Shown: piece after piece, positions 62,601-64,000 of the stretch
Numbering within the stretch: the stretch's first letter is position 1
How the letters are laid out: each line of letters opens with the position of its first letter
Assembly (NCBI GenBank): GCA_013239625.1
Contig: MU053557.1
Location: 2,696,123-2,760,122, forward strand
DNA length: 64,000 bases
Direction: 5' to 3'
DNA from: Lama guanicoe
Lineage: Eukaryota
The notes under the pieces: model-generated
Seen by the model: the letters and a program-made list of their open reading frames with translations, nothing else
What the model was told of the DNA's origin: nothing
Database searches by the model: none
Translations under genes and position numbers: made by a program

Positions 62601-64000
62601 TAAAGACATAAAGGCAGAGAGCAACATGAAAGGCAATACAGCTGTAATGAACCAACAGACCTCCTAACTTGGGTGTCCCTGGCCCCGACCTGACTTCCGC
62701 AAAGTTACATGAGCAATGCTACTCTCCTCAAGTTTCCTGTACAGCTCTCCTCTTAGGTAAAATACTTCCTGGTGGTATTCTGTACTTAGGGACCCAAGTT
62801 TTGCCTTCCAGACCACCTGGGAGTGCTCAGCATCCTGCTGCAATGCTCCGCATGAGAGCCCTTGACAGCTTTTCCATGCTTCACACCCTTGTGCATCTGG
62901 TGACGACCACAGAGCTGAGACCCTTGCATAAGAGGAGGAAGTGGCCTGCCATTCTGCAACTACTTGAGGTTCATGACTTCATGGATTCAAGGCAGTGAAA
63001 TCAGCCATGATGATGGAGGGGGGCTGCCAGGCCCTCAGCATGAAGCCCAGTACACCTGGAAGGCATCCTCTCACAGGTAAGGCACTCTTTGGCACACTCT
63101 TCCAGCAAACCTCATCTTTCTCAGGTGAAAATTCTGCTTGTAGAGGCCCCTCCAGACCCTCAGACTCCATGCATCATTTTGCCTCTTACCCACAAAATCC
63201 TCTTCATTTCTTTACGTTTCCTAGAAGCAATCAGGTCTCTGTCTTCTAAGGCATAGAAATGGGAGTCTGACACACCCATCCTTTTCCAGGACCCATGATG
63301 ATCTTTGCTCCAAAGAAACCATTTGTACCAATTAGTTGTCTAGGGATTTCACACATAACTCCCACTATTTCCATAGTGAACTTGCAGCATAACAATGAAA
63401 GGGTTCCTGGATTATTTACAACAAGCTCCTAGCAGTCTCGTAAAAAGAATCTGTGCTTCCACTGGGAGAGTTATGTCAGAATTGGTTTGTTAGGTCAGAG
63501 CTGATTTTCAGCCTCATTCTAGAGTTCTATTGGAAAGGCAACAGAAGGAAATTTAGTGGTAAAAATGACAAGCATAGTGAAACCAAACTCATCTTTTTTA
63601 ATGGGAGATGGGTGGAGCACCACCAGAGAGTTGCTCTGGCCAAAATGAGGCTTCAGACACCCTCACATTTATGTGCAAAAGGACATCTGCCACTACCCAG
63701 CTGCCCCTGTCCCACTTCTTTTTGCTCTGCTCCAGGAAACTCTATGAGCTGCCTCCAGCTTTGGAGAATGCATGACTGCATGGCTCAGTGGGACCATCTC
63801 AGCCCAGCCTGGGAACTGCAATGTGAATGTCCCAGACAGCAGGTGAGGGACATGGAGAAGGCTCTAAAAATCCAGCTAATTTTCATACTTTCAATGCTCA
63901 ATTCTGTAAGTATTTTTCTTCTTAGAGAGTAGAATAAATATACAGGAGTAAGTCTGCCAAGGATTGTGGCACCGGGTAGGGAAATTCAGCTTCCTCTCTG

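Noticed and set aside
63453..63932. Longest ORF in the track (159 aa)
   Set aside because: Non-ATG start, Cys/Trp/Leu-rich random composition, no recognisable domain or convincing exon boundaries.
1..64000. Naming a host gene or claiming a novel multi-gene system
   Set aside because: No exon matched a protein I recognise; RE1 and repeat content hint at a large neuronal locus but do not identify it.

Overview
This is mammalian, mostly non-coding DNA (intronic or intergenic), very likely from a camelid. Three tRNA-Ala-derived SINEs of the Vic-1 type and cetartiodactyl/camelid-type L1 3' ends point to that lineage. The window is dense in ancient MIR and L2 relics and in hAT-Charlie and Tigger DNA transposons (MER3, MER5, MER33, MER58, Tigger2, Tigger15-like). 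It also holds two solo ERV1-type LTRs, several L1 fragments (one with a textbook twin-priming inversion and TSD) and one 65-N assembly gap. I recognise no protein-coding gene; most listed ORFs are chance or repeat-derived, and I cannot name the host locus. The clearest non-repeat signal is a near-perfect REST/NRSE (RE1) site at 22328-22348, which suggests a neuronal locus. Nearby on the minus strand are a 117-bp local duplication carrying a GTAAGT donor in both copies (possible mutually exclusive exon pair) and two CpG-retaining 3n-length exon candidates (63 and 30 nt). These exon calls are hypotheses only. Boundaries of ancient repeats are approximate (tens of bp) and family names come from recalled consensus sequences, not from a database search.
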